Assembly (NCBI GenBank): GCA_951406725.2
Contig: OX597817.1
Location: 120,900,001 to 120,964,000, forward strand
Length of the DNA: 64,000 nt
Source of the DNA: Octopus vulgaris
Lineage: Eukaryota
Direction: 5' to 3'
Shown here: positions 26,878 through 39,383 of the stretch, piece after piece
Layout of the letters: each line of letters opens with the position of its first letter
Position numbering within the stretch: the stretch's first letter is position 1
The notes under the pieces: generated by a model
The model's input: only the letters and a program-made list of their open reading frames with translations
Told to the model about the DNA's origin: nothing
Database searches by the model: none
Made by a program: the position numbers and the translations under genes

Positions 26878-27639
26878 GTGTGTGTGGTAATATGTTAAGA
26901 TGACCATATTTCTTTGAAAGCCAAGGTGTACTCAGATACCATGAATATATATAACGTTTCCTGTTTTATCATTCTGTGAAACCCATTTCAAAAGCATCTT
27001 TTCTTTTTAAACATTTGATACATGACATTGTTATTTCTGTCTATCAGATTGAGAATGTGGAGGTGTTAAAATGTCATCAGAGAATTGGAAGTATAAAATG
27101 TTGCTTTTAAGATAAGACATTAAATATCATCCTGTGTGGAGACACCAAAAATGCTGTAAGCAAGAATGAGTTCGTAGAAATGACAATGATAAAAACTGCT
27201 TTTTCTCAGATAACTTAAAGTTCTTCCATTTACCATTTTTGTTTATAACTGCTATGAAGGAAACGTTGTAGAAATGGTAGAAAACTTAAGATGTTAGTAT
27301 TATTTATTTATTTATTTATGTATATATATATATATATATTTATTTATTTATTCCCTTTCTTATTTGTGATATAAATCTGATTCTGATATAAATCCATTTG
27401 ATACAAACTTTGCTTTTCATTACTCCAGATTCCATGATATTAGTAAGTACCAGTCTTTTACATAGGTTAATCCATTCAACTACATCCTAAAATCCAATAG
27501 ATTTATGGCATTCTACTACTGACAGAACAAAAAATTCATAACTTCAATATGCTACATATGAGACTAAACTGTTTCCTCTGGAATTTTGTAAATGAATTTG
27601 AATCCTTTTAAATATAATATTTTAAATTTCAGAGATTTA

Positions 27640-27805
27640 GGTGCAGGTGTGATTGTGTGGTAAGAGATTTGCTTCTGAAGCACATGGTCCAACATTCAGT
27701 CCCATTGTGTGGCACCTCAAGCAAGTGTCTTGTAATATTGTCTACTATAGACCTGCACTGACCAAAGCCTTGTGAGGGGATTTAGTTGAAAGAGGTAGAA
27801 AGAAG
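27640..27805 (+). mobile_element. Family A SINE head, diverged
   Basis: GGTGCAGGTGTGATTGTGTGGTAAG...GACCAAAGCCTTGTGAG. Confidence 0.65.
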
Positions 27806-27952
27806 TGTATTGAGGCTTTTCTCCCTCCATATTTTTAAAGAGGTCTCAGGCCAGCAGTGTTGGGGGTCTGAAGATATGCTGTAAAGCTAAACCCCTTATG
27901 AGTGAGAAACCCAGAGTAACTCCATAAACTGGCCTACCCCACTATAATATAT

Positions 27953-28365
27953 TACTCTTTTACTTGTTTCAGTCATTTGACTGTGGCCATGCTGGAGCAA
28001 CACCTTTAGTCAAGCAAATCGCCCCAGGACTTATTCTTTGTAAGCCTAGTACTTATTCTATCGGTATCTTTTGCCAAACTGCTAAGTTACGGGTACGTAA
28101 ACACACCAGCATTGGTTGTCAAGTGATGTTGGGGGGACAAACACAGACACCGAAACATATATACATAAACACATACATATATATATATATATACAATGGG
28201 CTTCTTTCAGCTTCTGTCTACCAAATCCACTCACAAGGCTTTGGTCAGCCTGAGGCTATAGTAGAAGACACTTGCCCAAGGTGCCACACAGTGGGACTGA
28301 ATCCAGAACCATGTGGTTGGTTGTTTGGTAAGCCAGCTACTTACCACACAGTCACTCCTACGCCT
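27953..28365 (-). mobile_element. Family A SINE, full length
   Basis: Near-consensus reverse copy. Confidence 0.85.
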
Positions 28366-28374
28366 ACATATATA

Positions 28375-29131
28375 TCATCATCATCATCTTTTAACGTCCA
28401 CTTTCCATGCTAGCATGGGTTGGACGTATGACTGAGGGCTGGTGAACCAGATGGCTGCAAGAGGCTTCAATCTTGGTCTGGCAGAGTTTCTACAGTTGGA
28501 TGCCCTTCCTAATGCCAACCACTTCGAAAGTGTAGTGGGTGCTTTTACGTGCCACCAGCACGAGGCCAGTCAGGTGGCACTGGCAACGAACTTGCTCGAA
28601 TCTTTTCCACATGCCCCCAGCGTGGGTGCCAGTAAGGTGATGCTGGTAACGATCACGCTCGAATGGTGTTTTTATGTGCCACCAGCACGGAGGCCAGATA
28701 GCCGCTCTGGCAATGATCACACTCGGATGGTGCTCTTAATACCCTACTAGCATGGGGCTCGAGTGCCAGTAGTGCGACACTGGTAACGATCATGCTCGAA
28801 TAGTGCCTTTTAAGTGCCACTGGCATGGAAGCCGGTTAGCCGCTCTGTCAATGATCAGACTCGTATGGTGCTCTTTGCATCCTGCTAGCACGGATGCCAG
28901 TCATCGAATTTGATTTTGATTTTTGATTTCACTTTCCTCAACAGGTCTTCGCAAGCAGAGTTTTAGTGTCCAAAGAAGGAAAGGTATGCATAAGTGGGCT
29001 GATAACGCCCCTGGCATAGGCCACGAGATTATGGTCTCATTTGTCTTGCCTGGTCTTCTCACGCATGGCATATTTCTAAAAGTCTTGGTCATTTCCTTGG
29101 TGAGGCCCAAAGTTCGAAGGTCGTGGCACAA
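28375..29131 (-). mobile_element. 3' end of an RTE-clade LINE: last codons of the RT ORF, 3' UTR with tandem hairpin units, family B terminus and (GAT)n tail
   Basis: Minus strand HDLRTLGLTKEMT then (frameshift) DQDF*KYAMREKTRQDK*, typical of an RTE ORF C-terminus, is contiguous with the family B sequence. Confidence 0.75.
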
Positions 29132-29734
29132 ATTGTAGACTGCTAGATTTATTTAATATCAATGTAATACTACATTTCGTATCATTTCTCTATTTCTGAG
29201 TTTAAATTTTGTCATGGTCGGCTTTCCATTTCATGTCTCTTGAATCGATGTATTCTATGATTGACATAATTCTTCAGTCAACTTAATAAAATATATTCTT
29301 CCCTTAGCAATATGTGAGAATAGGTAAGAATTATAATGTCAGGCTTCATAATGTGTAATCTTTGAATGGATTAGGTAACAAATTTCTAACTTAAGGACTC
29401 TGATTTTCAATCCAGTAGCAGATTCTGATGTCAATGCTATCCTTTCACCCATAGCCAGCCTTGATTGAGTTGACCTATGAATAATAGCCTTTCATTTACA
29501 TCCATCCTATCTCCCTATTGTTATATATTGGGGTGGTTTCTTTCTTCTTTTTTTTTGTCAAATAAACACACACACTATAAATTCGTTCTTCACTCATTTA
29601 TTATTGTTCTTATTTTATCTTATGTTCATTGTCTGAATCTTATGTCCACGTACCTGTGACATCTTCAGCAACTTAAGGATACACATCATAGAAAGACAGA
29701 ACTGACTAAATAGAGCAACATGTAGGATAGAAGA

Positions 29735-29777
29735 GTCACTGATGAGGTCACAGATGTGTGTTGAAAAATTTCCTGAC
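29735..29777 (+). ncRNA. Decayed hammerhead-like motif
   Basis: GTCA-CTGATGA-GGTCACAGATGTGTGTT-GAAA-AATTTCC-TGAC. Stem II resembles the 15659-15698 motif, and a partial inverted copy (CTGTGACATCTTCAG) lies near 29654. Confidence 0.4.
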
Positions 29778-30549
29778 AATGGATCTACCATTATGTGTTT
29801 ATGACCATGCTCACTCTTTTCAAGATGTTACAGAATATTTTGAAGGATACTTAGTTACTATTTCCTGCACATAGCTACAGTTTCTCCATCATTGGCTTGT
29901 GGATGTTGCTGTTGCATTTATTGACTGCATGTATGACTGAATAGCAGTATATTTCCAGGTGTGTAACAAATGTGATTTCTTATTACACCATTATATTCCA
30001 TTCATACAACACACCTGTGATTTCCAGCAACAATTAATGATATAGAGAGATACAGATCCCACCAAATTGATTTATTTTCCTTCATACATATAAAAATTAG
30101 TCTTCTGTGAGAACTTGATTGAACTTTCTTTTTAGGATTAGAGTACACTTTCATTATTCTTCAATAAGAGATACAATCATTCACTTAGCTGTAAAAATTA
30201 AAAAAAAACGTCTGTTTAATGAATAGTTTTCGTGTTGTGACTTCTCATTTAGTAAAGACAATAACTGATCTTCTTTCTCATTATTTTTACGTCTACTTTT
30301 TTCCATGCTGTCATGAATCAGACAAGATTTGTTTGCAGTATTACTCTACAGCCAGATGCTGCTTCTTGTTGCCAATTCTTGATTCTTTACAAGTAAGGTA
30401 CTTTATTTCATGCTTTCATGCACTGTTGGTGATTTTCATAATCGGGGACATAATCAAGGTCACCACTGCCCAAGCAGTGGTCATGTGAAGACATGCAGAG
30501 ACAGAAGCACACACACAAACACTTTGTATCCATATTTATATACCTATAT

Positions 30550-30992
30550 AGGTGCAGGCTTGGCTATATTATTAAAAGGCTCACTTTGCAACAGCATGGT
30601 TTCAGGTTCAATACTGTTGTGTTGCACCTTGGGTAAGTGACTTCTACAAAATTACCAGGGCAACCAGTGCATTGTGAGTGAATTTGATAAACAGAAATTG
30701 TATGGAAACCTGCTGCGTGTGTGTGTGTGTGTATGTTCGCACATGTGTAGGTATAAACGTATCTGTGTGTGTGTGTGTGTATGTTTTTGTGTTTGGGTTG
30801 TATTTATCACCCACCACCATGGGACAACTAGTGTTGGTTTGTTTACATCTCCACGATGTAACAGTTTGACAAAAGTGACTGATAGAATAAGTACCAGACC
30901 TTGAAAATATATTGAAGCTGATTTGCTTGACTAAATCTTTCAAGGCAATGCTCTATCATGGCCGCAGTACAAAGAAACGAGTAAAAGATAAA
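30550..30992 (+). mobile_element. Family A SINE, diverged
   Basis: GGTGCAGGCTTGGCT...GATAGAATAAGTACCAG...GTAAAAGATAAAAG. Confidence 0.7.
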
Positions 30993-31072
30993 AGCTACAT
31001 TGGGCTTCCATAAAGTTTCTACCTATCAAAAATAGTTTATAAAGCATTAGTCACCCCATAACTTTAGCAGAA

Positions 31073-31635
31073 TATCTTGGGTCATACATATCATCATCTG
31101 GAAAAGATTTTCTAACTAGAAAGGGTATGGCCTGGTCAGCCTGTAATGACATGCATAAGATCTGGTCATCAAATCTAAGTAGAGATTTCAAACTTGAAAT
31201 ATTCAAAGCCACAGTCGAACCAATTCTACTATGTGGCTCAGAAACCTGGATGTTATCAAAGAAGCTTGAGAGGCGGTTGGATGGAACCTACACTCGCCTC
31301 CTTATGAGAGCTCAAAATCTTTCGTGGAAGCGTCATCCAACCAAAATGCAAATATATGGGAAACTACCACCTGTGTCATCTCTTGTGAAAGGTAGGAGAG
31401 TTCAGTTTGCTGGACATTGTTGTAGAGCTGAAAACGTGGCAATTTCTTCTCTTCTCTTCTGGAAGCCATCTACTCGCAATACCAGAGGGCGCACACTCTC
31501 CTACCCTGATGTAATCTCCAGGGATACAGGCATCCAGCAACAGGACCTCTGTAATGCTATGATGGACCATGAAGTCTGGCGTAGCATGGAAAATTCCATT
31601 GTCTCGACCACGGTCGAACAATGATCATGATGATG
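31073..31635 (+). mobile_element. 5'-truncated RTE-clade LINE (RT C-terminal region) with (GAT)n tail and 8-bp TSD
   Basis: Open frame YLGSYISSSGKDFLTRKGMAWSACNDMHKIW...EPILLCGSETW...RRVQFAGH...RGRTLSYPDVISRD ending at TGA 31622-31624, then the tail TCATGATGATG. TAGCAGAA occurs at 31065-31072 and 31636-31643. Confidence 0.9.
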
Positions 31636-31662
31636 TAGCAGAAGACTCCTAGCTAAGGTGCT

Positions 31663-31893
31663 AGGCGGCGAGCTGGCGGACACGTTAGTGCACTGGGCGA
31701 AGTGCTAAGCGGTATTTCGTCTGTCATTACATTCTGAGTTCAAATTCTGCCGAGGTCAACTTTGCCTTTCATCCTTTCGGGGTCGATAAATAAAGTACCA
31801 GTTTCACACAGGGGTCGATATAATCGACTCAATCCCTCCCTCTGTCCTTGTTTGTCCTCTCTATGTTTAGCCCCTTCTGGGCAGTAAAGAAAT
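31663..31893 (+). mobile_element. Family C tRNA-SINE, young copy
   Basis: AGGCGGCGAGCTGGC...GAGTTCAAATTC (B box)...GCCTTTCATCCTTTCGGGGTCGATAAA..AGTACCAG. The central block resembles the Meta-SINE domain (from memory, unverified). Confidence 0.8.
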
Positions 31894-32454
31894 ATACACA
31901 CTAAGATTTATTCTCAGACCATGTGGCTATGAAGCAAACTTAAACATTCAGCCAAGAATTACGGAATTAAAGTAATAAGCAGCTAAAGAGAAAGATGTGT
32001 TTGAAACACTTTGGATAACCAAAACTAGAGGTGAAAAGATGGGAATTATTTCTGTGTTGTTTATTCGCTAACAATATTATATTCTGTTGAGTTCACCATA
32101 TCAAATAGTAATGGTTGTGCAATGCTACGTTTTGTGGTTACAGGCAGTGTGCTATTTAACATATAATGATAGTGTAATGTTTACTGATAGTTAAGATTAA
32201 ATAAGCATTTTGAGAAACCTACTTAAACACTGTTTTGGTGAAATAATGCAAAGCAATTGATGCTGGAATTATTCCTAGCAGCTAAAAACCTACGATATCC
32301 TCTGTATTTATGAGACATTGGTGGATTTGGCTAATTCAGATTTCATGTTTGCTAAAAGTGTTTGTTCACACTGGTAGGTATAAAGCAGATAGATTAACAA
32401 TACCAATATCTTTTTATTTATTTATCTATTTATTGTTGTTGTTAGTATTATTGT

Positions 32455-32670
32455 TAAGTTGGTGAGCTGGCAGAATCGTTAGCACACTGGGTGAAATGCT
32501 TAGTGGTATTTTCAACTGTCTCCACATTCTGAGTTCAAGTTCTGCCAAGGTCAGCATTACCTTTCATCCTTTCAAGGTCGATAAAATAAGTACCAGTTGA
32601 TCACTGGGGTCAATGTAATTGACTCATCCCCCACCTTCACTAAGCTACCCTTGTGGCAAAAATAATTTGA
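32455..32670 (+). mobile_element. Family C SINE
   Basis: GGTGAGCTGGCAGAATCGTTAGC...CCTTTCATCCTTTCAAGGTCGATAAAATAAGTACCAG. Confidence 0.8.
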
Positions 32671-33392
32671 AATAATAATAATTATTATTAGTAGTGGTGG
32701 CGGTGGTAGTGATAGTGGTGGTGGTGGTAGTAGTAGTAGTAGTTTCTGAGTTGTGAATATTTTACTTATCCTGTTGCTGTTAAAAACGGTGATTCTGTAT
32801 GAGAATTCTAGTTTGCAAGATGAAACAATGAGAAAGAAATGTTGAGGAAATAAAAGGCAATTTAGATTATAAAATGAATGGGAATTTTTTGGTACAATCA
32901 GGTGAAAATTTCAGAGAATATTTGAAGTACTAAAGAAAGATGAAGCAAATGAATGGCAACCTATTGAGGGTAATGAATGGAAACCTCTAATACTCAATGT
33001 CATATTGTGTAAGAAAAAGACTTTGGAAAGAGTATTTATCTCATTGGATCATTCATTATATTTAAACAGAGTAAATGTAAGAAATAGTAAAAGAGGTTGT
33101 CTTAACTTTAAAATTTCATTTAGATATGGAGTAAGATTTATTACACACACACACACATGTTTGTATATAATATCATGTTCATGATCATCCTCATCTTTTT
33201 AACATTCACTTTCACTATCTGCCCTTTCTGTTGCTAACTTTCACCTGTTTCAAAACAAGGTAATATTTCCTCTAACACACACAGTCATATATATATATAT
33301 ACATGTATACATAGATCAAATATATTTACATACATACACACGTACATGCATGCATACATACATAGATACATATATGCTTACATACATACATA

Positions 33393-34190
33393 TCATCACC
33401 ATCATTTAATGTCCGTTTTCCATGCTGGTATGGAGTGGATGGTTTCACAGGAGTTGGTCAGCTGAAGAGATAGCCTCCCAGGCTCCATGTCTGTTTAGGA
33501 ACAGTTTCTACAGCTGGATGACCTTTGACCTTCCTAACACCAAGCACTTTACAGTGCACTGGGTGTTTCCAAGCAGTGCTGGTATGGGTGCATTTATGTG
33601 GAGGCATGTGGCTTAGTGGTTAGGGTATCAGCACCATGATCGTAAGATTGTGGTTTCGATTCCTGAACCAGGCAACGCGTTGTGTTCTTGAGCAAAACAC
33701 TTCATTTCACATTGCTCCAGTCCACTCAGCTTGCAAAAATGAGTAACACTGTGATGGACTGGCATCCCATCCAGCTGGGGAACTCATACGTCATAGAAAC
33801 TGGGAAAGTGGGCCCATTAGCCTGGCTAGGATTTAAAAGGGCACATTTATTTTTATATTGACATGTTTTCTCAAGCATAGCAAATTGTCAAGAGTCTTGG
33901 TCCCTTGTCATAACCCCTGTGTGACCCAATGTCTGAAGACCCCTTCTCACCACTCCATCTCACATCTTGGATCTATTCCTTCTACATGTTCCTTCCCTAA
34001 CTAGATTTTGGCACCTCTTGATGCAACTGTCTTCATACATACACATTACATGACTGTGGAAGTGCAGTCTTCTCTCTGGCACACTACATATTATGCCTCA
34101 TGTACACAGTTTTTCTCTCAAATCACTTACACTCTGTTTTATATGTACACTAACATTACCCATCCAGAGGACATACTGGCTTCATTTCTT
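33393..34190 (-). mobile_element. Decayed RTE LINE 3' end (RT C-terminus about 33860-34190, terminus 33393-33595), interrupted by a family D SINE
   Basis: Minus strand RNEASM..NVSVHIKQSVSDLREKL...ERRLHFHSHVM...EGTCRRNRSK..MTRDQDS*QFAMLEKT with frameshifts; family B-like end with (GAT)n tail. Confidence 0.7.
33600..33857 (+). mobile_element. Family D tRNA/CORE-like SINE
   Basis: A box GTGGCTTAGTGG, B box GGTTTCGATTCC, CORE-like GTGTTCTTGAGCAAAACACTTCATTTCAC. Confidence 0.8.
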
Positions 34191-34710
34191 TACGAGAGAG
34201 AGAGAAACAGATATATACTGATATACATATCTATATATGTGTATATATGTATGCACATACAAATACACATAATTTCATTTAATGATTCAGATTTATACAA
34301 TATTATATGAAGAACCAGCAGGTTATCTATATCTCAATTCTCTAGGATTCCATTAAGAACTAAATTTTAGAAGCTTGAAAGCAAAACTACTTTTATATGA
34401 CAAAATGGAAAATATTGAAGAGTAGCTGTGATAAATTATGGGAAAACCCAATTCAAAATTTGGTTAAAGACAATACTTCACACACACATACACACACATG
34501 TCTGTGTATCAATATATATATATATAATTGATATCTGCATATTATATATGATGTGTGCATGTATATATATATGTATGTTATGTACATTTATATTTATATA
34601 TGTGTAAAATACATGCATATTTATACATGTTGTATATATGTATATGTGTGTGTGTATGTGTGCGTGTGTATATATGTACGTATGTATGTATATATATATA
34701 TATGTATGTA

Positions 34711-34752
<42 letters not shown>

Positions 34753-34757
<5 letters not shown>

Positions 34758-35145
34758 CTTGTTTCAGTCATTTGACTGCGGCCATGCTGGAGCACTGCCT
34801 TTAGTCGAGCAAATCAACCCCGGGACTTATTCTTTATAAGCCCAGTACTTATTCTATCGGTCTCTTTTGCCGAACCGCTAAGTGACAGGGACATAAACAC
34901 AACAGCATCAGTTGTCAAGCAATGCTAGGGGAACAAACACAGACACACAAACACATAGACAGACACAAATATATATATATGCATATATACGACAGGCTTC
35001 TTTCAGTTTCCATCTACCAAATCCACTCACAAGGCATTGGTCGGCCTGGAGCTATAGCAGAAGACACTTGCCCAAGATGCCACGCAGTGGGACTGAACCC
35101 AGAACCATGTGGTTGGTTAGCAAGCTACTTACCACACAGCCACTC
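34753..35145 (-). mobile_element. Family A SINE, full length
   Basis: Near-consensus reverse copy. Confidence 0.9.
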
Positions 35146-35335
35146 CATATATATATATATATATATATATATATCATCATCATCGTTTAACATCCGCTTT
35201 CCATGCTAGCATGGGTTGGAATATATATATATATATATATGAAAAATATATATATATATGTATATATATTTAATATATATTTATATAATATATATAATAT
35301 ATATTTATGTATATATATGTATAATATATATGTGC

Positions 35336-35376
<41 letters not shown>

Positions 35377-35482
35377 TGTCTATATATATATATATGCATG
35401 TATATATATATATATATATATATACATATATGATATATATGTATAATATATATATATATATTTTATATCATATATATATACA

Positions 35483-35518
<36 letters not shown>

Positions 35519-36537
35519 TGTATGTATGTGTGTGAGTGGTCATGCCCAAATACATGTCTTTTTGATAAAATAAAATGACCAAAAAAAATGAAAAAAACAA
35601 AAATATTCAAGATCAATTACAACTTTGAGATTAAGCTTCAGGCTAGAATCTCAATGGTGATTTTCAATGCCATTGACTAATTTTATTCACACTTAATTTC
35701 AATCATTGCTGACTAATCTATTAAGTGAAGCTTCTTCAGAATCATGTGGCAGTAATGGAAGTTAAACAATTAGTTCATTCTCTATCAATTAAACACATCT
35801 TTACTGATAACTGCTATTTTTATCAGAAATGGAGTTGATGAAAAATTTTTGGCCCGCTACCTGTGAAAGCTATTATGCTGATTTGATGATAAGTTTCCTA
35901 AATTAATTACAGTTACTAAATAGTTCCCAAGATAGAAAATTTCTTCCAGACTATAGTTAGAATAAAGAAGCTTGAAGATAACATTCTTGTTTGTAGATAA
36001 AACAAATTTTGTGATTTCAAACTTTTGACAATGTTACCATTAAGCTAGGTGCCATTGTCATCGCCGTTGTCGTCATCCTCCTCCTCCTTATCAGCATCAT
36101 CATCGTTCTAGTTTCCACATGCAGTGGCCTGACTGAATTTGTTGTGGCAGATTTTCTATGGCTGGATACCCTTCCTGTTGCCAATTCTCACTGGTTTCCA
36201 AGCAAAGTAATATTTCCTCAGGGCTGGACACATTTTCACAATAGACTGGAAATATATATATAACTATCCTGTGATCTCAAGATGTACTAACATACATACA
36301 TATATACACATACACACATACATACACACACAAGCACACACACACACACACACACACAAATAAATATATATACCATGAGCTTCTTCCAGTTTCCATCTAC
36401 CTAATCCACTCACAAGACAGCAGGTGGCGCAATGTGCATTTTAGTGGGACTGAACCCAAAACCATTACAGTTGGTAAGTGACATTCTTACCCTCACAGCC
36501 ATGCCTATATCTCTACATCAATATTTCTGCAGGATCT

Positions 36538-36682
36538 AAGGCAGCAAGCTGGCAGAATCATTAGCATGCTGGGCAAAATGCCAAACATTTCATCCATCTT
36601 TACATAGTGAGTTCACATTTCACGAAGGTTGACTTTGCCTTTCATCCCTTAGGGGTTGATAAAATAAGTATCAGTTGAGAAC
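36538..36682 (+). mobile_element. Family C SINE, 3'-truncated and joined to a maT fragment
   Basis: AAGGCAGCAAGCTGGCAGAATC...GCCTTTCATCCCTTAGGGGTTGATAAAATAAGTATCAG. Confidence 0.7.
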
Positions 36683-36685
36683 CGG

Positions 36686-36888
36686 GAGGCCTACATCAAG
36701 TGCCTGGATAAGGTATTGCTGCCCTGGGTCAAGAAGGTGGCTGCTGGAAGACCTTAGGTCTGGCAACAGGACTCTGCACCATGTCACACAAGCAGGAGAA
36801 TACAGTCATGGCTATTGGACAATTTCTGCAGCCACATTGCTTCTAGCATCTGGCCACCTAACTCCCCATACTGCAACCCCTCTTGACT
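36686..36888 (+). pseudogene. maT (DD37D) mariner-family transposase fragment
   Basis: EAYIKCLDKVLLPWVKKVAAGRP*VWQQDSAPCHTSRRIQSWLLDNFCSHIASSIWPPNSPYCNP. Confidence 0.85.
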
Positions 36889-37132
36889 TAGAGAGTGATG
36901 GGTATAGTAATGGGTAGTATTTCAACCTCCTATTGGTAGGAATTCAACCTCCTTCTCATCATTCCATATCCCGTTAAAACTTGTTTGGTTCCTTTCTACC
37001 ATTTGATCTTCATGCTGTGCCAAATAATAGCAATATTGCAAACCTGTTCTTTTATAATTATGACTTTATTTCCCTCAAAAAACTTAAGAGCAGTGCCTTG
37101 TAAAAATACTGACACTCAAACATATAGAATAA

Positions 37133-37438
37133 CTAGCAGTATCGCCAGGCGTTGCTCGGGTTTGTAAGGGAAATAACTATATAAGCATTTTTAGAGAGTT
37201 ACTTCCCTTATATAACCGAGCAAAAATCATTAAAAATGCAGAAAAATGATGGTAAATTTTTTTTTAAATCGTAGACTCATTGTAGACGCGCGCTAATACC
37301 CAGAAGGGCTCGATATGAATCACGACTATAAGATACCCACTTTTGGTTAAACTGCACTGCAAAATGTGGGAGTAGTTAGGAATCTAAATCGGAGTAGACA
37401 GACACACACACACACAACTTTAGTTTTATATATAAAGA
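37133..37438 (-). mobile_element. Non-autonomous Helitron with an empty-site control nearby
   Basis: 5' TC, 3' hairpin CCCGAGCAACGCCTGG and CTAG. The inverted paralogue at 38218-38237 shows the uninterrupted target GAATAA|TATGATTT, so there is no TSD. Confidence 0.85.
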
Positions 37439-37677
37439 TATGATTTCTTTAACAATATCAAAGTTTCAGGTAATTAAAGTAAAGAAAACAGCATCATTAT
37501 GCATTGTTTCCAGTATGAACTTCTCTAGGACAAATATACTTACATCAGTGAATACCTGCGAAAGAGCCCGATTGCAAGATTCTAGGTTCAGGATTTCAAA
37601 CATTAGTTATGTTACCTTACGTAAGGCATCTTACCTTATGTACTTCAGTGTTGTTGTTTATACAAATACCTATTCTT

Positions 37678-38082
37678 TACTCTCTTTTTACTCTTTTACT
37701 TGTTTCAGTCATTTGACTGTGGCCATGCTGGAGCACTGCCTTTAGTCGAGCAAATCGACCCCGGGACTTATTCTTTGTAAGCCCAGTACTTATTCTATCG
37801 GTCTCGTTTTGCCGAACCGCTAAGTGACAGGGACGTAAACACACCAGCATCGGTTGTCAAGCAATGCTAGGGGGACAAACACACATGCATACACATATAT
37901 ACATATATATACATATATACAACAGGCGTCTTTCAGTTTCCATCTACCAAATCCACTCACAAGGCATTTGTCAGCCCGGGGCTATAGCAGAAGACACTTG
38001 TCCAAGATGCCACGCAGTGGGACTGAACCCGGAACCATGTGGTTGGTTAGCAAGCTACTTACCACACAGCCACTCCTGCGCT
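37678..38082 (-). mobile_element. Family A SINE, full length, young
   Basis: Near consensus with CpGs intact. Confidence 0.9.
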
Positions 38083-38729
38083 ATTCTGTTAACATCTTTT
38101 GGGAATAATTTGATGATAAAATTCCTAAATTCATTAATCTTACCAAATTTGTCTCAAAGCAGAAAGTTGTTCTTTACTTTAATTACCTGAAACTTTGACA
38201 ATGAATTTTTTTTTTTTAAATCATATTATTCTATGTGTCTGAGTGTCAGTACTTCTACAAGGCACTGCTCTTAAGGTTTTTGAGGGAAATAAAATCATAT
38301 CTATAGAAGAACAGGTTTGCAGTATTGCTATTAATACAAGGTACAGGTCCCAAGTCACTTGAAGAACCTAGCAATATGGCACTTTCGCAGGTATTCACTG
38401 ATGTATGTATATTTGTCCTACAGAAGTTCACACTGGAAACAATGCTATCTTTTTGACTCTCTCTGTAGTAGTTAGATTATTTGAAGTCAAGCTGATGATT
38501 TGTAGGGCTCACCTCGCAATCCACATTGTACAGCATGCATACATACACAGATACACATAATATATATATGTGTGTATGTGTGTTGGAGAGATATATCATC
38601 TGGGTGGATACCGTGGTGGCTCTCAGTTATGTTCCAAGTTACAGCTAATTGCATCGATCAGTATTTAATATCTATATTATCTGGAGTATATATAAGCAAT
38701 AACCATAATGATATAAAAAGACAGAGACT

Positions 38730-38990
38730 TGTTCATCCTCAAAATTTATTTCCTCTTATTTGACAATATTATACAGCATATTTTTATGGTCTTTATGACC
38801 CACACATGTTTCCACTGCACAGATTTGAAACTAGCCAAATGAAGAATCTGCTCTAAAAATCGTGTCAGGTTGCATTTGCAACTGCTCATAATCTAAGCAG
38901 TGGAAGCATGCATAGGTCATAAAGACCATAAAAATATGGTGTATAAAATTGTAAAACAAGAGGAAATAAATTTTGAGGATAAGCAGGTTT
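38730..38990. repeat. ~260-bp fold-back with ~95-bp arms
   Basis: ATCCTCAAAATTTATTTCCTCTT...TTTTTATGGTCTTTATGACC..TTCCACTGC versus GCAGTGGAA..GGTCATAAAGACCATAAAAA...AAGAGGAAATAAATTTTGAGGAT. Confidence 0.8.
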
Positions 38991-39026
38991 CCATTTTCTG
39001 CACTGTTAAAATGACTGCATATACAC

Positions 39027-39142
<116 letters not shown>

Positions 39143-39328
39143 GTGCACACACACATGTATGTCAATTCTTCACTTTCTGTCTATCAAATCCACTCACCAG
39201 TCTTAGATTGGCTTGGGTGTCAAAGTGCCAAGTAGTAGGACTGAACCCACATGTATGTAGTTGGGAAACAAACTTCTTAACCATACTGCCATGCCTGCAT
39301 CTGTTATATGCTTCTCTCTCTCTACATA

Positions 39329-39383
<55 letters not shown>

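Larger units (their letters stand above)
37025..38446. repeat. Two-block inverted duplication in permuted order (A 37025-37450, B 37500-37590; A' 38218-38332, B' 38360-38446)
   Basis: TTCCCTCAAAA..CTTAAGAGCAGTGCCTTGTA and ACATCAGTGAATACCTGCGAAAG both recur reverse-complemented. Confidence 0.7.

Noticed and set aside
28549-28900. CRISPR-like repeat/spacer appearance
   Set aside because: Eukaryotic LINE 3' UTR context, the 'spacers' are homologous to each other, and there are no cas genes.
33600-33675. tRNA gene
   Set aside because: A and B boxes are present, but no convincing cloverleaf was found and the sequence runs directly into a SINE body.
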